A stretch of 64,000 bases of DNA from Acutalibacteraceae bacterium (GCA_045594065.1 JAZNXU010000002.1:1750-65749), one strand, 5' to 3'; shown: positions 1-9,673, counted from the stretch's first letter. The notes: generated from the letters alone by a model not told the origin. Made by a program: numbers and translations.

Positions 1-353
1 ACGATAAAAAATTCACCCATACAATTTGGGAAATGTGCACTGAGTGTATTGTTGTTTTCCCTGACGGTATAGGTGTTCTTCCGTGGATGGTTTGCGGCAA
101 TAACGAGATAGGCGAGGCTACCGCTAAAAAGATGAACGATTATCGTCTAGTAGTTTGGGGACTTCACGGTATCTACGGCGCCGGTCGCGATATGGACGAA
201 ACCTTTGGACTTATCGAAACCGTTGAAAAGGCAGCTCAGCTTTATATGCTCACCGCCCACATGCCGCATGTAAACACCATTCTCGACCCCGAGCTCAAGG
301 CTGTTGCCGATGCTTTCGGTCTTGACTACCGCAAAGACTTCTTAAATTTATAA
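1..353 (+). CDS. rhaD: rhamnulose-1-phosphate aldolase (class II aldolase), C-terminal part; 5' end is off-window
   Basis: The frame is open to the window edge. TECIVVFPDGIGVLPWMV...LHGIYGAGRDMDETFGLIETVEKAAQ matches the conserved RhaD C-terminal region. fucO follows directly. Confidence 0.8.
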   Translation, partial: DKKFTHTIWEMCTECIVVFPDGIGVLPWMVCGNNEIGEATAKKMNDYRLVVWGLHGIYGAGRDMDETFGLIETVEKAAQLYMLTAHMPHVNTILDPELKAVADAFGLDYRKDFLNL

Positions 354-378
354 TTTTAAAAAAAGGAGATATAAAACC

Positions 379-1527
379 ATGGCAAACAGATTTGTACTAA
401 ACGAAACCAGCTATCACGGCAAAGGCGCTATTGCTGAGATAGCAACCGAGGTTAATGCTCGCGGCTTTAAAAAATGCTTCGTATGCTCTGACCCCGACCT
501 CATTAAATTCGGTGTTACTAAAAAGGTAACAGACATTCTTGACGGTGCTTCTATCGCTTACGAAATTTATAGCGATATTAAGCCCAACCCCACAATTGAG
601 AATGTTCAGAACGGTGTTGCTGCTTTCAAAGCAAGCGGTGCTGACTGCATTATCGCAATCGGCGGCGGCTCTTCTATGGATACCGCTAAGGCTATCGGTA
701 TCATCATCGAGAACCCCGAGTTTGCTGATGTTCGCTCATTAGAGGGCGTTGCTCCTACTAAGAATAAGTGCACACCTATTATTGCAGTTCCCACCACCGC
801 CGGCACCGCAGCTGAGGTTACTATTAACTATGTTATTACCGATGCTGAAAAGAACCGCAAAATGGTTTGCGTAGATGTTCACGACATTCCCGTTGTAGCT
901 GTTGTTGACCCCGATATGATGGCTTCTATGCCTAAGGGTCTTACCGCCGCTACCGGTATGGACGCTCTTACCCACGCAATCGAGGGTTACATCACTAAAG
1001 GCGCTTGGGAGCTTTCCGATATGTTCCACATTAAGGCTATCGAGATTATTGCTCGCAGCCTACGCGGCGCTGTGGCTAATACAGATGAGGGCAGACTTGA
1101 TATGGCTCTCGGTCAGTATGTAGCAGGTATGGGCTTCTCGAATGTTGGTCTTGGTATTGTTCACTCCATGGCTCACCCGCTCGGCGCTTTATACGATACT
1201 CCTCACGGCGTAGCTAACGCTATCATTCTTCCCACCGTTATGGAGTACAACGCTCCTGCAACAGGCGAGAAATATCGCGATATAGCCGTTGCTATGGGCG
1301 TTAAGGAAGCTGCAAATATGAGCATTGAGGATGCCCGCAAGGCAGCAATCGATGCCGTTAAGCAGTTATCTGCCGATGTTGGCATTCCTGCCGACCTTAA
1401 GGAGATTGTAAAGGCTGAGGATATCGATTTCTTAGCACAGTCTGCTTTCGACGATGCTTGCCGTCCCGGTAACCCGATGGATACAAGCGTTGAGGAAATC
1501 AAGGAGCTTTACTTAAAGCTTTGCTAA
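379..1527 (+). CDS. fucO: lactaldehyde reductase (iron-containing alcohol dehydrogenase)
   Basis: 382 aa Fe-ADH fold with GGGSSMDTAKA and metal-binding His motifs. RBS aaggag lies upstream. Position after rhaD is typical. Confidence 0.85.
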   Translation: MANRFVLNETSYHGKGAIAEIATEVNARGFKKCFVCSDPDLIKFGVTKKVTDILDGASIAYEIYSDIKPNPTIENVQNGVAAFKASGADCIIAIGGGSSMDTAKAIGIIIENPEFADVRSLEGVAPTKNKCTPIIAVPTTAGTAAEVTINYVITDAEKNRKMVCVDVHDIPVVAVVDPDMMASMPKGLTAATGMDALTHAIEGYITKGAWELSDMFHIKAIEIIARSLRGAVANTDEGRLDMALGQYVAGMGFSNVGLGIVHSMAHPLGALYDTPHGVANAIILPTVMEYNAPATGEKYRDIAVAMGVKEAANMSIEDARKAAIDAVKQLSADVGIPADLKEIVKAEDIDFLAQSAFDDACRPGNPMDTSVEEIKELYLKLC

Positions 1528-1530
1528 ATT

Positions 1531-1561
1531 AAAATGGCGGCTCTATTGAGCCGCCATTTTT
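1531..1561 (+). terminator. intrinsic terminator after fucO
   Basis: Hairpin aaaatggcggctc-tatt-gagccgccatttt followed by a T run. Confidence 0.65.
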
Positions 1562-1648
1562 ACTTACTTTATCAATATTTATACAGCATACCATACTTTT
1601 CAAAACAAAAAATCTAAACTCAACCTGAAGAGGTCGAATTTAGATTTT

Positions 1649-1731
1649 TGGTGCGGGTGACAGGACTTGAACCTGCACGCGTGAGCGCTAGCTCCTAAGG
1701 CTAGTGCGTCTGCCAATTCCGCCACACCCGC
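1649..1731 (-). tRNA. tRNA-Leu (anticodon UAG), encoded CCA
   Basis: Hand-folded cloverleaf. Acceptor GCGGGTG/CACCCGC, anticodon stem CTAGC/GCTAG with loop CTTAGGA, long variable arm, T-loop TTCAAGT, 3' ACCA. 83 nt. Confidence 0.9.
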
Positions 1732-1735
1732 ATAT

Positions 1736-1908
1736 ATAAAACGGTTAAATGCCGTTTTACTGACTATATGAAATTTTTAATGACAAGGCAGCCGCACCTG
1801 CGTGACTCTTGCGGTGCCCGACGATTCGATGCTGCCGCATCTCACTTGTCGACCGCTGCGCCTTTTGCGCTGTCGCTTTATCATCCGCTGGATGCGCTCG
1901 GCGCAAAA
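1736..1908 (-). other. GC-rich, hairpin-dense spacer between the tRNA-Leu 5' fragment copy and the intact tRNA; possible structured leader or ncRNA
   Basis: Nested complementary segments are visible on the minus strand (TTTTGCGC...GCGCAAAA enclosing CATCC-AGC-GGATG; GGCAG...CTGCC). A minus-strand promoter-like TTGACT-17nt-TAAAAT lies at 1991-1963. No plausible ORF. Confidence 0.35.
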
Positions 1909-1934
1909 CTGCCAATTCCGCCACACCCGCATAT
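1909..1934 (-). repeat. exact 26-bp copy of the tRNA-Leu 5' end (acceptor 5' strand plus D arm)
   Basis: ctgccaattccgccacacccgcatat occurs at 1710-1735 (inside and just 5' of the tRNA) and again at 1909-1934. Offset is 199 bp. Confidence 0.9.
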
Positions 1935-2100
1935 TTGACTGTCAAATTAATCGGTAATTAATATTTTACTAAAAACGCACTTAAAAGTCAACACTCTTTT
2001 TAAAAATAGATATACATATAAAGTGAATTTTTGCTCATCTATATTTTTATTGAAAAATTCATAGAAATAGTTTATAATAAAAACACAAGGTGGTGTTAAT

Positions 2101-2724
2101 ATGAATGAAAACATTATAATTACAATAGGCCGCCAGTACGGTAGTGGCGGACATCAGGTTGCGCGCGAATTATCAAAGCTTTTAGGTATTAAAATGTATG
2201 ATAAAGAGCTTATCGATTTAGCCGCTAAAGAAAGCGGTATAAACGAGGATATTTTAAAGGCATACGATGAGAAGCCGACCAACAGTTTTTTATATTCACT
2301 ATCTTTAGGGGCTTATTCATTTGAAAATTCATTATTAGGTACGCCCTCAATCCCGCTTGTTGACCGTGTTTTTGCGGCACAAGCCAATATCATCAAGGAT
2401 ATAGCCGAAAAGGAGTCCTGCATATTCGTTGGTCGTTGCGCTAACAGCATTTTGGCTGACCGCCCAAATGTGCTCTCAGTATTTATCCATACGGATATTG
2501 AGCGAAGAATTGACCGCATTTGCGAGTACGAGAAAATTTCCCGAGCAGAAGCCTCGTCGATTATCCGTAGTGCTGATAAAAAGAGAGCGAGCTATTATAA
2601 CTATTTCTCCGATTTAAAGTGGGGAGATGCAACAGCTTATGACCTTTGTATTGACAGCCGCATTGGTATTGAAAATGTTGCCGAAGTTATAAAGCTTTTC
2701 ATCGAGCATCATAATGCACTTTAA
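2101..2724 (+). CDS. cytidylate kinase-like family protein
   Basis: 207 aa. N-terminal IGRQYGSGG P-loop-like motif typical of the cytidylate-kinase-like (AAA_28/Cytidylate_kin2) family. TTGAAA-17-TATAAT promoter upstream. Confidence 0.75.
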   Translation: MNENIIITIGRQYGSGGHQVARELSKLLGIKMYDKELIDLAAKESGINEDILKAYDEKPTNSFLYSLSLGAYSFENSLLGTPSIPLVDRVFAAQANIIKDIAEKESCIFVGRCANSILADRPNVLSVFIHTDIERRIDRICEYEKISRAEASSIIRSADKKRASYYNYFSDLKWGDATAYDLCIDSRIGIENVAEVIKLFIEHHNAL

Positions 2725-2781
2725 TTAATTTAACAAAATCACCCTTTTTCCGTAAAATGTAATACGGAAGAGGGTGTTTTT

Positions 2782-3477
2782 TTGCGCAAATCAAGAGGAA
2801 AAGGCAAATTAAGGCTTGCTTTTATACTTATAATAATTCTTATTTTACTTATCGCTACCTGTGCTTCTTCACTCGCTATTAGAAAAACAGTTTCGGGATA
2901 TGCCAAGGATCAGGCGACAACCATACTTTTCAATGCCGCCAATAAAGCGGTAGGGGATTATCTTGCCGATAACGGTGTTACTTATGACCAAATTGTAAAG
3001 CTCACGCGCAACGGTGAGGGGGACATTTCTTCACTGGAAATTGATGTTGTTAAAATTAACGAGCTAAAAAGTGGAATTACCAATATGATAGCGAACGGAA
3101 CGGCACTTAGCGAGCAGTATACCATTGGCATACCGATAGGTACGCTGTTCGGTAACGAATATACCTTAGGGCTCGGTCCTCAAATGAGATTTAAAATGCA
3201 AATGGTGTCTACTGTTACCACCGATTTCGAGAGTAATTTTTATTCAGCAGGCATTAATCAGGTCTTGCATCAGATTCTCATAAAGGTAAAAATAAGCGGT
3301 AATGTTATAATTCCGTGGTGTAAAACGCCGTTTTCTTTAGAAACCACCGTAATTGCGGCGCAAACGGTGCTTGTGGGCGTTACACCCGAGGCTTATACCA
3401 ATGTTATAGAAAGCTATACATACGGTCAGGATGGCGTTGTAGGCGATATTTTTGATTACGGCGCAATTGTAGATTAA
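2782..3477 (+). CDS. yunB: sporulation protein YunB
   Basis: 231 aa with an N-terminal TM segment. Overall pattern matches the YunB family. TTG start after GAGGGTG. Confidence 0.7.
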   Translation: MRKSRGKGKLRLAFILIIILILLIATCASSLAIRKTVSGYAKDQATTILFNAANKAVGDYLADNGVTYDQIVKLTRNGEGDISSLEIDVVKINELKSGITNMIANGTALSEQYTIGIPIGTLFGNEYTLGLGPQMRFKMQMVSTVTTDFESNFYSAGINQVLHQILIKVKISGNVIIPWCKTPFSLETTVIAAQTVLVGVTPEAYTNVIESYTYGQDGVVGDIFDYGAIVD

Positions 3478-3480
3478 TTA

Positions 3481-3509
3481 AAAAAGCCAAGGTTTTCCTT
3501 GGCTTTTTG
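3481..3509. terminator. bidirectional intrinsic terminator between yunB and hom
   Basis: aaaaagccaagg-tttt-ccttggcttttt, flanked by A and T runs, between convergent genes. Confidence 0.7.
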
Positions 3510-3514
3510 CTATT

Positions 3515-4738
3515 TTATATCACATTTATGACGGCATCTACCGTGCAGTTTTTAAGTTCTGCAAGCTTTGCGGTAAGCTCTTTTTCTACCGCGGCATCGG
3601 TTATAAACACAACCTCTCTTGCTACGGCGTTATGAAGCAACTGAACATCTCCAAACAGAGCTTTTACGACCGACACAATGCTTTCATCAGCCCCACTCAG
3701 CTTTACATAAAGTCGGGTTACAAGGTTTTCCTTTGCCTCAACAAAGTTATCCTTTGAATCCTCCCAATAAAGATACTTGCGCGCTTTTAAGTGTTTAGCA
3801 CAGTCGATTATATCTGCTACAACGGCGCTCGCTGTAGGTAGCTTGCCTGCACCCTTGCCGTAGAAAAGAGTATCGTCAACGGCGTTTCCGCAAACCATAA
3901 CGGCGTTATACACATCTCGTACACCCGCTAACATATTGTCCTTGCAAACAAGGGCAGGGTAAACGTTTGCGGCGATTTTTCCATTGTCTAAATCCTGTGC
4001 GTGACCGATAAGCTTTATAACATAACCGAGTTTGTCGGCATAATCGACATCGTCAAGTGTAATCTCGGTAATACCCTTAGTGTAAACATTCTCGGGATAT
4101 ACATGTCTGCCGAATGCAAGGGAAGCTAGAATGCAAATTTTGCGGCAGGCATCGTGGCCTAAAACATCGGCGTCGGGAATTCGTTCGGCATAGCCTAAAT
4201 CCTGTGCGAGCTTAAGTGCATCTTGAAAGCTAAAATTATCGCAAATCATTTTGGTTAAAATGAAATTGGTAGTGCCGTTTAAAATACCGAAAATCTCGGT
4301 AATCTTATTTGCAGCAAGGCATTGGGAAAGAGGCCTTAATATCGGAATACCGCCGCCCACACTTGCTTCAAAAAGAAAGTTTACATTGTGCTCAGCTGCT
4401 ATTTTCAAAAGCTCGGCACCCTTAGCGGCAACCAACTCTTTATTGGAGGTTACAACACTCTTACCTGCCTGTAAGCAGCGTTTAACATAATCGTAAGCGG
4501 GGTTGAGTCCACCCATAACCTCGGCTACAATTAAAACTTCTTCATCGTTTATAATATCTTCGAAATTCTTTGTGAATTTATCGCTGTATGTAAGAGAGGG
4601 AAACTCACGCAGATCAAGAATATGTTTAATGTTAATTTCGTTTTTTGCGTTTTTGGTAATGGTATCACAGTTGTTTATTAAAACTTCGGCTACACCCGAG
4701 CCTACAACACCGTGCCCCATAACGGCAATATTTACCAT
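3515..4738 (-). CDS. hom: homoserine dehydrogenase
   Basis: 407 aa. N-terminal NAD-binding VMGHGVVGSGV, a central homoserine dehydrogenase domain and a C-terminal ACT-like region. Confidence 0.9.
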   Translation of the reverse strand: MVNIAVMGHGVVGSGVAEVLINNCDTITKNAKNEINIKHILDLREFPSLTYSDKFTKNFEDIINDEEVLIVAEVMGGLNPAYDYVKRCLQAGKSVVTSNKELVAAKGAELLKIAAEHNVNFLFEASVGGGIPILRPLSQCLAANKITEIFGILNGTTNFILTKMICDNFSFQDALKLAQDLGYAERIPDADVLGHDACRKICILASLAFGRHVYPENVYTKGITEITLDDVDYADKLGYVIKLIGHAQDLDNGKIAANVYPALVCKDNMLAGVRDVYNAVMVCGNAVDDTLFYGKGAGKLPTASAVVADIIDCAKHLKARKYLYWEDSKDNFVEAKENLVTRLYVKLSGADESIVSVVKALFGDVQLLHNAVAREVVFITDAAVEKELTAKLAELKNCTVDAVINVI

Positions 4739-4859
4739 AGCTGTATCATTCCTTTGCGGTAATATACTTATTTAAGTCTAACATAAAAACAATAATAATT
4801 CAATAGATTTTAAATATAAATCCGCAGTTTTCTGCAAACAATTAAAAGGGGGCGATATT

Positions 4860-5909
4860 ATGAATACTAATAATCGCGGACATTTTTTAATTAATGCCGC
4901 ATATTTTATTTTTATAGCTGCAGTAATTTTCTTGTCTTATAAATACTTGCTTAGTTTTCTACTGCCCTTTTTAATTGCGCTGCTTATCGGTTATTTGGTG
5001 CAAAAGCCGTCACAAAAGCTTGCAAAAAAACTCAGGTGTAAGCCCCGAACTGTTGCTCCTGTTATGGCTTTGCTTATTTACCTTGCAGTGGGAGCAGTTA
5101 TTTTTTCGGTAGTATTCTACCTTTTTTCAAATTTTCAACCTGCAATAACGGGTATTTCCGATACCTTAACGCAGGCAACTAATATTTTTTCGGGGGCATT
5201 TAATAAGTATTCTGCTTGGAGCCGTAATCTGCCCGAGGAAATTCGCTATGTTCTTGAAAATTTACCAAAAAATATAGCCGAACGGGCAATGAGTTTTTTA
5301 ACCTCTGCTGCTTCGGATTTTATATCTTTTGCCGCTAAGAATATACCGTCATTTTTCTTTAGTTCTTTAATAACAGTTATGGCAAGTATTTATTTTGCGC
5401 GCGATTTTTCGGCTGTAAAAAGCTTCATTATGTCTGTAATCTCCGAAACACGCCGTGAAAGTCTAACCAGAATTAAAAATATTCTTTTTTCGAATGTTTT
5501 CAAAATGGCAAAGGGTTACGGCGTTCTCATTCTAATTACCTTTGCAGAGATTACAGTAGGCTTTCTTATTATCGGTGTAAAAAATGCCGTATTTTATGCT
5601 GCTATAATTTCGGTTATCGATGCTCTGCCTGTTCTAGGTGTTGGTATAGTGCTTATCCCTTGGGCAGTGATAAGTATTATTTCTGGTAATTTGACCTTTG
5701 GAATAATGCTGGCAATTTTGTATGTTATTACGGCGGTGGTGCGAAATATTCTTGAGCCTAAAATTTTGAGCAGCAAGCTGGGAATTCCGCCGCTGCTCTC
5801 CTTGCTTATAATTTTCTGTGGTCTAAAGCTATTCGGATTTTTCGGTATGATAGTAGCATTTATAAGTCTTGTTATATTTATCGATTATTACAGAGAGGAA
5901 AAGGTGTAG
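4860..5909 (+). CDS. ytvI: sporulation integral membrane protein YtvI (AI-2E/PerM family)
   Basis: 349 aa polytopic membrane protein with AI-2E family topology and motifs. Terminator hairpin follows. Confidence 0.7.
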   Translation: MNTNNRGHFLINAAYFIFIAAVIFLSYKYLLSFLLPFLIALLIGYLVQKPSQKLAKKLRCKPRTVAPVMALLIYLAVGAVIFSVVFYLFSNFQPAITGISDTLTQATNIFSGAFNKYSAWSRNLPEEIRYVLENLPKNIAERAMSFLTSAASDFISFAAKNIPSFFFSSLITVMASIYFARDFSAVKSFIMSVISETRRESLTRIKNILFSNVFKMAKGYGVLILITFAEITVGFLIIGVKNAVFYAAIISVIDALPVLGVGIVLIPWAVISIISGNLTFGIMLAILYVITAVVRNILEPKILSSKLGIPPLLSLLIIFCGLKLFGFFGMIVAFISLVIFIDYYREEKV

Positions 5910-5989
5910 GAAGAGCCTACACCTTTTAATTTTTCGGGCATAGTATGTAAAAGGCAACCGAATTTAGGATGCTTAAAAGGGGAATACAA

Positions 5990-6208
5990 ATGCACAGATA
6001 CAGAGTTTCTACCGGCACTGTAACCTATGCAATTAAGGGTAGGGATATTCTACGACGGCACGGATACAGTGCGGCTATTGAGCGTTTATCGGGTGCCGGC
6101 AGAATCGGTTGCGGATACGGTATCGTTTTTGGCGGTGACCCCGAAAAGGCTGAAGCATTACTGAGAAATGCTTCGGTAAAAATCTTTGAAATAAAGAAAA
6201 TAACCTAA
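5990..6208 (+). CDS. DUF3343 domain protein (putative Se/S carrier-like)
   Basis: The pattern YRVSTGTVTYAIKGRDILRRHGY...GCGYGIVF is typical of DUF3343. The ATG at 5990 has an aagggg RBS. An upstream ATG at 5969 is also possible. Confidence 0.7.
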   Translation: MHRYRVSTGTVTYAIKGRDILRRHGYSAAIERLSGAGRIGCGYGIVFGGDPEKAEALLRNASVKIFEIKKIT

Positions 6209-6287
6209 GGTCTTTAAACACTTCACAAAAACCTCCGAAAATTCGGGGGTTTTTGGATATTTACAGAAAATTTTGGAGGAAAGTTTT

Positions 6288-7418
6288 ATGATATATTTAG
6301 ATAACGCCGCAACAAGCGGCGTTAAACCTCAGAGCGTTATTTCAGCGGCGACTGCCGCACTGAGGTTCTATTCGGCGAATCCTGGTAGAAGCGGCTATAA
6401 AACCTCAATTGAAGCTTCTCTTAAGATATACGAAACGAGAGCAAAAATTGCAGAATTTTTCGGTGCACAAGGTGCGGAAAATGTTGCATTTACACTTAAC
6501 TGCACCCATTCGCTTAACTGTATTTTAAAGGGGGTATTATCTGCGGGCGAGCATATAATAGTGTCAGGACTTGAACATAATGCCGTTATGCGCCCACTGC
6601 ACGCACTTACTGCTAATCGCGGGGTAGAGGTGAGCGTTGCAGAAGTATCAACCGATGATGAAATTACGGTAAGGAATTTTGAAAAGCTTATAAAGCCTAA
6701 CACAAGGCTAATACTTTGCACCCACGCATCAAATGTTACAGGGCAAATATTACCGATTGAGGAAATCGGTCGTTTATGTGCCGCGCGCGGAATAGGATTT
6801 GCTGTTGATGCGGCGCAAACAGCGGGAGTGATAGGCATTAATATGCAAAAAATGAATATTGATTATTTGGCTGTAGCTCCCCATAAGGGACTCTATTCTC
6901 CGATGGGTATTGGAATTCTGATTTGCCGCAAACCGCTTAAATACACCGTTTTAGAGGGAGGCACAGGCTCTGCTTCTATCGAGCTTGCACAGCCGGAGGA
7001 TATGCCCGAAAGAATTGAGAGCGGAACGGTAAATGTATCGGGAATATTGGCGGTATCGGCGGGAATTGATTTTGTTAAAAGGCACGGCTCGGATAATCTC
7101 TATAGAAAAGAATTAGGGCTGGTAAAATACCTGTATGCAGGGCTTAAACGCACAAAAAATGCGGTTTTATACACACCCGAGCCTGAGCTTTACAGGTGTG
7201 TGCCGGTGCTGCCGTTTAATATAAAAAATACGCCTAGTGACCGTGCGGCGGCATTTTTAGCATCGAAGAATATTGCAACAAGGGCGGGACTTCATTGTGC
7301 GCCATCGGCACATAAAATTATGGGAACTCTACCTGACGGCTGTGTACGGGTAAGCACTGCTTTTTTCAATAATTTTGCCGAAATCGATTATCTTCTCGGC
7401 GTTATTAAAAAAATCTGA
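6288..7418 (+). CDS. class V aminotransferase / cysteine desulfurase family protein
   Basis: PLP-lysine context APHKGLYSPMG and C-terminal GLHCAP active-site cysteine loop. GGAGGA RBS before the ATG at 6288. Confidence 0.85.
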   Translation: MIYLDNAATSGVKPQSVISAATAALRFYSANPGRSGYKTSIEASLKIYETRAKIAEFFGAQGAENVAFTLNCTHSLNCILKGVLSAGEHIIVSGLEHNAVMRPLHALTANRGVEVSVAEVSTDDEITVRNFEKLIKPNTRLILCTHASNVTGQILPIEEIGRLCAARGIGFAVDAAQTAGVIGINMQKMNIDYLAVAPHKGLYSPMGIGILICRKPLKYTVLEGGTGSASIELAQPEDMPERIESGTVNVSGILAVSAGIDFVKRHGSDNLYRKELGLVKYLYAGLKRTKNAVLYTPEPELYRCVPVLPFNIKNTPSDRAAAFLASKNIATRAGLHCAPSAHKIMGTLPDGCVRVSTAFFNNFAEIDYLLGVIKKI

Positions 7419-7496
7419 AAAAATTTAAATTTATTTGTTGCTACAACCCCGCAAGTATGTTATTATTAATATATAAAGATAATAGGAGAAAATGTA

Positions 7497-8387
7497 ATGG
7501 GAACTATAGCTGCTTTTTGGAGTCAATTGCTGTATGTTGTTTCAAACATCCGCATTTTTGACTTAATTGATATCGCCGTAATAGCATTTATTATCTATAA
7601 GGCTATCGAATTTTTTAAGGAGACAAGGGCAGGTCAGCTGATAAAGGGCATTGCCGTTGTTTTTGTTGCCTATTTGCTTGCGAATTGGTTTGATCTTGTA
7701 ACCGTTAAATGGTTGCTTTTGCGTTTAACCGATTCCTTGATTGTTATTGCAGTTATTGTTTTTCATCCCGAAATTCGCCGAATGCTTGAAAAAATGGGTC
7801 ACAGCCGTATTACCGAGCTTGGACGCGGTCAAATGACTGATTTGGCATTTCAAGAGCAATTAGAACGCTTGAATGATATCTGCAAGGCTGTAAGCGATAT
7901 GCAGGATAAAAAAATTGGCGCGCTTATTGTTATTGAACGGAGAACTCCTCTCGGAGAAATTATTGATACAGGTACGGCTATTGATGCCGCTGTTTCAACC
8001 GAGCTTATACAGAATATATTTTATCCCAAATCGCCGCTTCACGATGGCGGTATGGTAATCAGGGGCGACAGAATAGCATCGGCGGGTTGTATTTTACCAC
8101 TCACCTCTAACAATGCGCTCAGCTCTCAACTCGGTACAAGGCACCGTGCGGCAATAGGTATGAGTGAAATGTCAGATGCCGCCGTTGTTGTTGTATCAGA
8201 GGAAACAGGTACTATATCCTTAGCACTTAACGGTGTTATTACACGCGGTTATAATTCTGTAACACTCAAGGAAGCGCTTATAAAAGAACTTTATTCTGAG
8301 GATGAAACCGAGAAGAAGCCGTTTTACATTGCAGTGTTTGAAAAACTTTTCAAAAAAGTTTCGAAAAAAGATAAGTCGAGTAAATAA
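7497..8387 (+). CDS. cdaA: diadenylate cyclase CdaA
   Basis: Three N-terminal TM helices followed by a DAC domain (DGGMVI, GTRHRAAIGMSE...VVVVSEETG). Confidence 0.9.
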   Translation: MGTIAAFWSQLLYVVSNIRIFDLIDIAVIAFIIYKAIEFFKETRAGQLIKGIAVVFVAYLLANWFDLVTVKWLLLRLTDSLIVIAVIVFHPEIRRMLEKMGHSRITELGRGQMTDLAFQEQLERLNDICKAVSDMQDKKIGALIVIERRTPLGEIIDTGTAIDAAVSTELIQNIFYPKSPLHDGGMVIRGDRIASAGCILPLTSNNALSSQLGTRHRAAIGMSEMSDAAVVVVSEETGTISLALNGVITRGYNSVTLKEALIKELYSEDETEKKPFYIAVFEKLFKKVSKKDKSSK

Positions 8388-8404
8388 AGTCGGGGAATTG
8401 TTTT

Positions 8405-9673
8405 ATGAAATTTAATTTAAAATTTTCACTTCGAAAAATACTCAATAACAAAAAGGCTGTTATTGCAATATCGATAGTTCTCGCCTTTGTCTTTTGGCTC
8501 GCTATCGTAACAACCGAAACTCCTACAATTGAGCGCACCCTCACAAATGTGCCGATTACACTTGAAACAGAGGGCTCTATTGCCGGCGAATTAGCGCTTG
8601 ATGAGTTTAGTGGACTTACTCAGCAAACTGTATCTGTAAAGCTGAGCGGACCTGCCTATGTCTTAAATCAGTTATCAACAGAGGATATTGTGATTTCTGC
8701 TTCGGTGGCAGAGGTTACAAAGCCGGGAGAATATGAATTAACCCTTTTTGCAAATAAAAAGGCCTTTGGCAGCGAATATACCGTGGTTTCGATTACCCCC
8801 GGCGTGGTTACGGGTGTTTTCGATAAAACCGTAAAGAATAAGGAGTTTACTGTAGTACCCAGAATTACGGGCGTTACACCGATAACGGGACTTGTAGTAG
8901 GTGAGCCTATTATCAGCGATGCAGGCAGTAATGTTGTATATATCAGCGGACCGCAAACCGAGATTAATAAGATAGCAAAGGTTGAGGCTCTGGTAGAAAC
9001 TAACGAGGAACTTTCCGAAACCAAAACATATGACGGTACCATAATTCTCTATGATGAATCGGGTAAAAAACTGGATAACGGAAAATACACCTTAAGTGCC
9101 ACAACGGTTAAAATTTCACAGCCTATTTTAAAAAGTAAGACTGTGCCGATAAAACCGACATTTTTAAATGCGCCTTCGGGTTATGTATCAGAGCCTATTA
9201 GCAGCTCACTGTCGATAAAGGAAGTAAATATTGCAGGCTCTGCTGCGACTATCGATACCATAACCGCTATTGAACTCTCCCCAATAGATTTTAACGAAAT
9301 AACCAAAAGTAATAATACTTTCGATGAAACCTTGGTAATTCCGAGCGGAGTGAAAGTGGTGGATAATATCGAAACCGTTACTGTTAAAATCAATACTGAC
9401 AATATCAGCGAAAAAAGCTTTAATGTATCTAAAATTGTAACAACAGGTGATGCATCGGGGCACAATGTAAAGCTTAATTATTCAATCAAAAATGTTAAAA
9501 TATGCGGACCGTCAGCAATAATCAGGACATTAAAGGCAGAGGATTTATATGCAGTGGTTGATTTGACTGATAAGGGCAAGGGTGAATATATGCCGTCGGT
9601 TACAATCAGAAGTGATAAATATCCAACTGTATGGGCGGTAGGCACCTATCAGGCGAGCATTAGGGTAGAATAA
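8405..9673 (+). CDS. cdaR: CdaR / YbbR-domain regulator of CdaA
   Basis: 422 aa with an N-terminal TM segment and repeated YbbR-like beta domains. Lies immediately after cdaA. Confidence 0.8.
   Translation: MKFNLKFSLRKILNNKKAVIAISIVLAFVFWLAIVTTETPTIERTLTNVPITLETEGSIAGELALDEFSGLTQQTVSVKLSGPAYVLNQLSTEDIVISASVAEVTKPGEYELTLFANKKAFGSEYTVVSITPGVVTGVFDKTVKNKEFTVVPRITGVTPITGLVVGEPIISDAGSNVVYISGPQTEINKIAKVEALVETNEELSETKTYDGTIILYDESGKKLDNGKYTLSATTVKISQPILKSKTVPIKPTFLNAPSGYVSEPISSSLSIKEVNIAGSAATIDTITAIELSPIDFNEITKSNNTFDETLVIPSGVKVVDNIETVTVKINTDNISEKSFNVSKIVTTGDASGHNVKLNYSIKNVKICGPSAIIRTLKAEDLYAVVDLTDKGKGEYMPSVTIRSDKYPTVWAVGTYQASIRVE

Noticed and set aside
1757-1945. 62-aa minus-strand ORF across the GC-rich spacer upstream of tRNA-Leu
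   Set aside because: The Ala/Arg-rich translation is typical of random GC-rich sequence. There is no RBS, and it starts inside the duplicated tRNA fragment.
6395-6838. 147-aa antisense ORF inside the cysteine desulfurase gene, and a similar 142-aa ORF antisense to murI at 29176-29604
   Set aside because: They lie fully within confidently assigned genes on the opposite strand. No start context or family resemblance was found.
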